NCBI GenBank assembly: GCA_964353395.1
Contig: CAYGVV010000001.1
Location: forward strand, 1-24,732
Reading direction: 5' to 3'
Source of the DNA: an uncultured Candidatus Bathyarchaeia archaeon
GTDB taxonomy: Archaea; Thermoproteota; Bathyarchaeia; Bathyarchaeales; Bathycorpusculaceae
DNA length: 24,732 nt
This document shows positions 23,915 through 24,732 of the stretch, piece after piece. The notes under the pieces were generated by a model, which had not been told where the DNA came from, did no database searches, and saw only the letters and a program-made list of their open reading frames with translations. The translations under genes were made by a program, and so were the position numbers. Positions within the stretch are counted from its first letter, which is position 1. Every line of letters begins with the position of its first letter.

Positions 23915-24732
23915 TTACAGAAGCTTAATAGCTGTTGCCACAATTTTCTGCACGATTTCCGGGTGTTGGTCGCAGTAATCATAGACTGCTCTAATAAGAT
24001 CATCTAACACAGATCCTGGTGCTTCAATTGATGTTGAAAGGTCTTTCTGCGGCATGTATTCACTTCCATCAAAAAGCACAGCTAAAACATATTCGCTGTG
24101 CCAAAAAGAAGTATCCAACTCCTTAGATTTCCTTGGACTTGAAATTTCACCTACCGCAACGCTTCCTAATCTTATGAGATCTTGGTCGAGGATTTCCCCG
24201 TTTTCCGAATCGCAGACTGTAATCAGGACCATCGTGTCTTTTGAAGCCATCTGACCTTGATTGCCTATGGTCACAGTTGCTTCTCCCACCTCGTTAAGCC
24301 ACGATAGCCACTCCTTGACGCTTAAGGAAATGGCTAGCTGAGGATTCGGCATGTCAACGGTCAAAGAAAGGTTATTCATATCCTTGTTGATATTGATGTA
24401 GCCTACGTCAATCTTTCCATAACCCTCATAATTAATTGATAATATATGTTGTCCTACAGCCACGATCTGCAGCAAGAGAGTTCCTTGTTGAGTCATTGAT
24501 CCCATTTCTTTTCCATCCAAAGAGACTGTCACATCTTTAACAAGTTCATTAGTCTCAGAGTCTCTCAGTGTTAACATAACAGATACATCTGGAACTAAAG
24601 GGTCAGTTTTTCTAACATTGATTTCATCGTAGTCAGAAGCCCCATCATCATCTGTATCTTGAACGAGCGGATTGGTATGATATGTTATTTCTTCGTTATC
24701 AGTCAATCTATCTCCATCAGTATCAACCTTCA
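23915..24732 (-). CDS. Probable secreted/surface protein fragment with bacterial TSP3-like Ca-binding repeats and Ig-like domains (5'-partial)
   Basis: Frame is open to the window end (KVDTDGDRLTDNEE...TNPLVQDTDDDGASDYDE...TDPL), followed by PEGA-like (VTVSLDGKEMG) and CARDB-like (ATVTIGNQG) beta segments. Confidence 0.75.
   Translation of the reverse strand, partial: KVDTDGDRLTDNEEITYHTNPLVQDTDDDGASDYDEINVRKTDPLVPDVSVMLTLRDSETNELVKDVTVSLDGKEMGSMTQQGTLLLQIVAVGQHILSINYEGYGKIDVGYININKDMNNLSLTVDMPNPQLAISLSVKEWLSWLNEVGEATVTIGNQGQMASKDTMVLITVCDSENGEILDQDLIRLGSVAVGEISSPRKSKELDTSFWHSEYVLAVLFDGSEYMPQKDLSTSIEAPGSVLDDLIRAVYDYCDQHPEIVQKIVATAIKLL

Noticed and set aside
1-24732. Genome-wide TAG recoding (pyrrolysine or Gln), suggested by in-frame ambers at 12842, 14665 and 14656
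   Set aside because: TAG is the natural stop of at least seven genes here (GT2, rbr ending in the canonical ENY, GATase, vapB, vapC, the 441-aa and the 15407 genes), and no pyl genes are in the window. Pseudogenisation is more parsimonious.

Overview
Archaeal chromosomal window, probably Bathyarchaeia (inferred from the gene families, not from a search). It holds about 27 CDS, one tRNA-Ala(GGC) with genomic CCA, and several small or broken ORFs that the ORF track misses. Left arm (1-11.4 kb): archaeal dnaG (5'-partial), a GT2 glycosyltransferase, rubrerythrin, two membrane-anchored putative (beta/alpha)8 surface proteins, a SAM methyltransferase, a PEBP protein, a stand-alone class II glutamine amidotransferase, a Vps62-like membrane protein, a vapBC toxin-antitoxin pair with a divergent second AbrB-fold gene, and the tRNA. 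Middle (11.4-17.5 kb): a gene-sparse accessory region with PadR, wHTH-MEDS, small hypotheticals and amber-interrupted ORFs. It also carries four of the five copies of a dispersed TATA-like/G-tract/GAGCA motif with fixed 19-nt spacing; two of these form a 34/39-identical inverted pair around a 1.33 kb segment. Right arm: a PD-(D/E)XK-like + GIY-YIG + ATL-like DNA-repair cluster, a HAD/CTP-dependent lipid kinase fusion, and a tightly coupled three-gene operon. That operon is the best candidate for an undescribed system: a Zn-ribbon membrane protein, a 541-aa membrane protein with all 9 Cys packed into a Cys-Ala-rich C-terminal tail, and a radical SAM/SPASM enzyme with an N-terminal PqqD/RRE-like domain. 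All family calls are from motif reading; no database searches were run.
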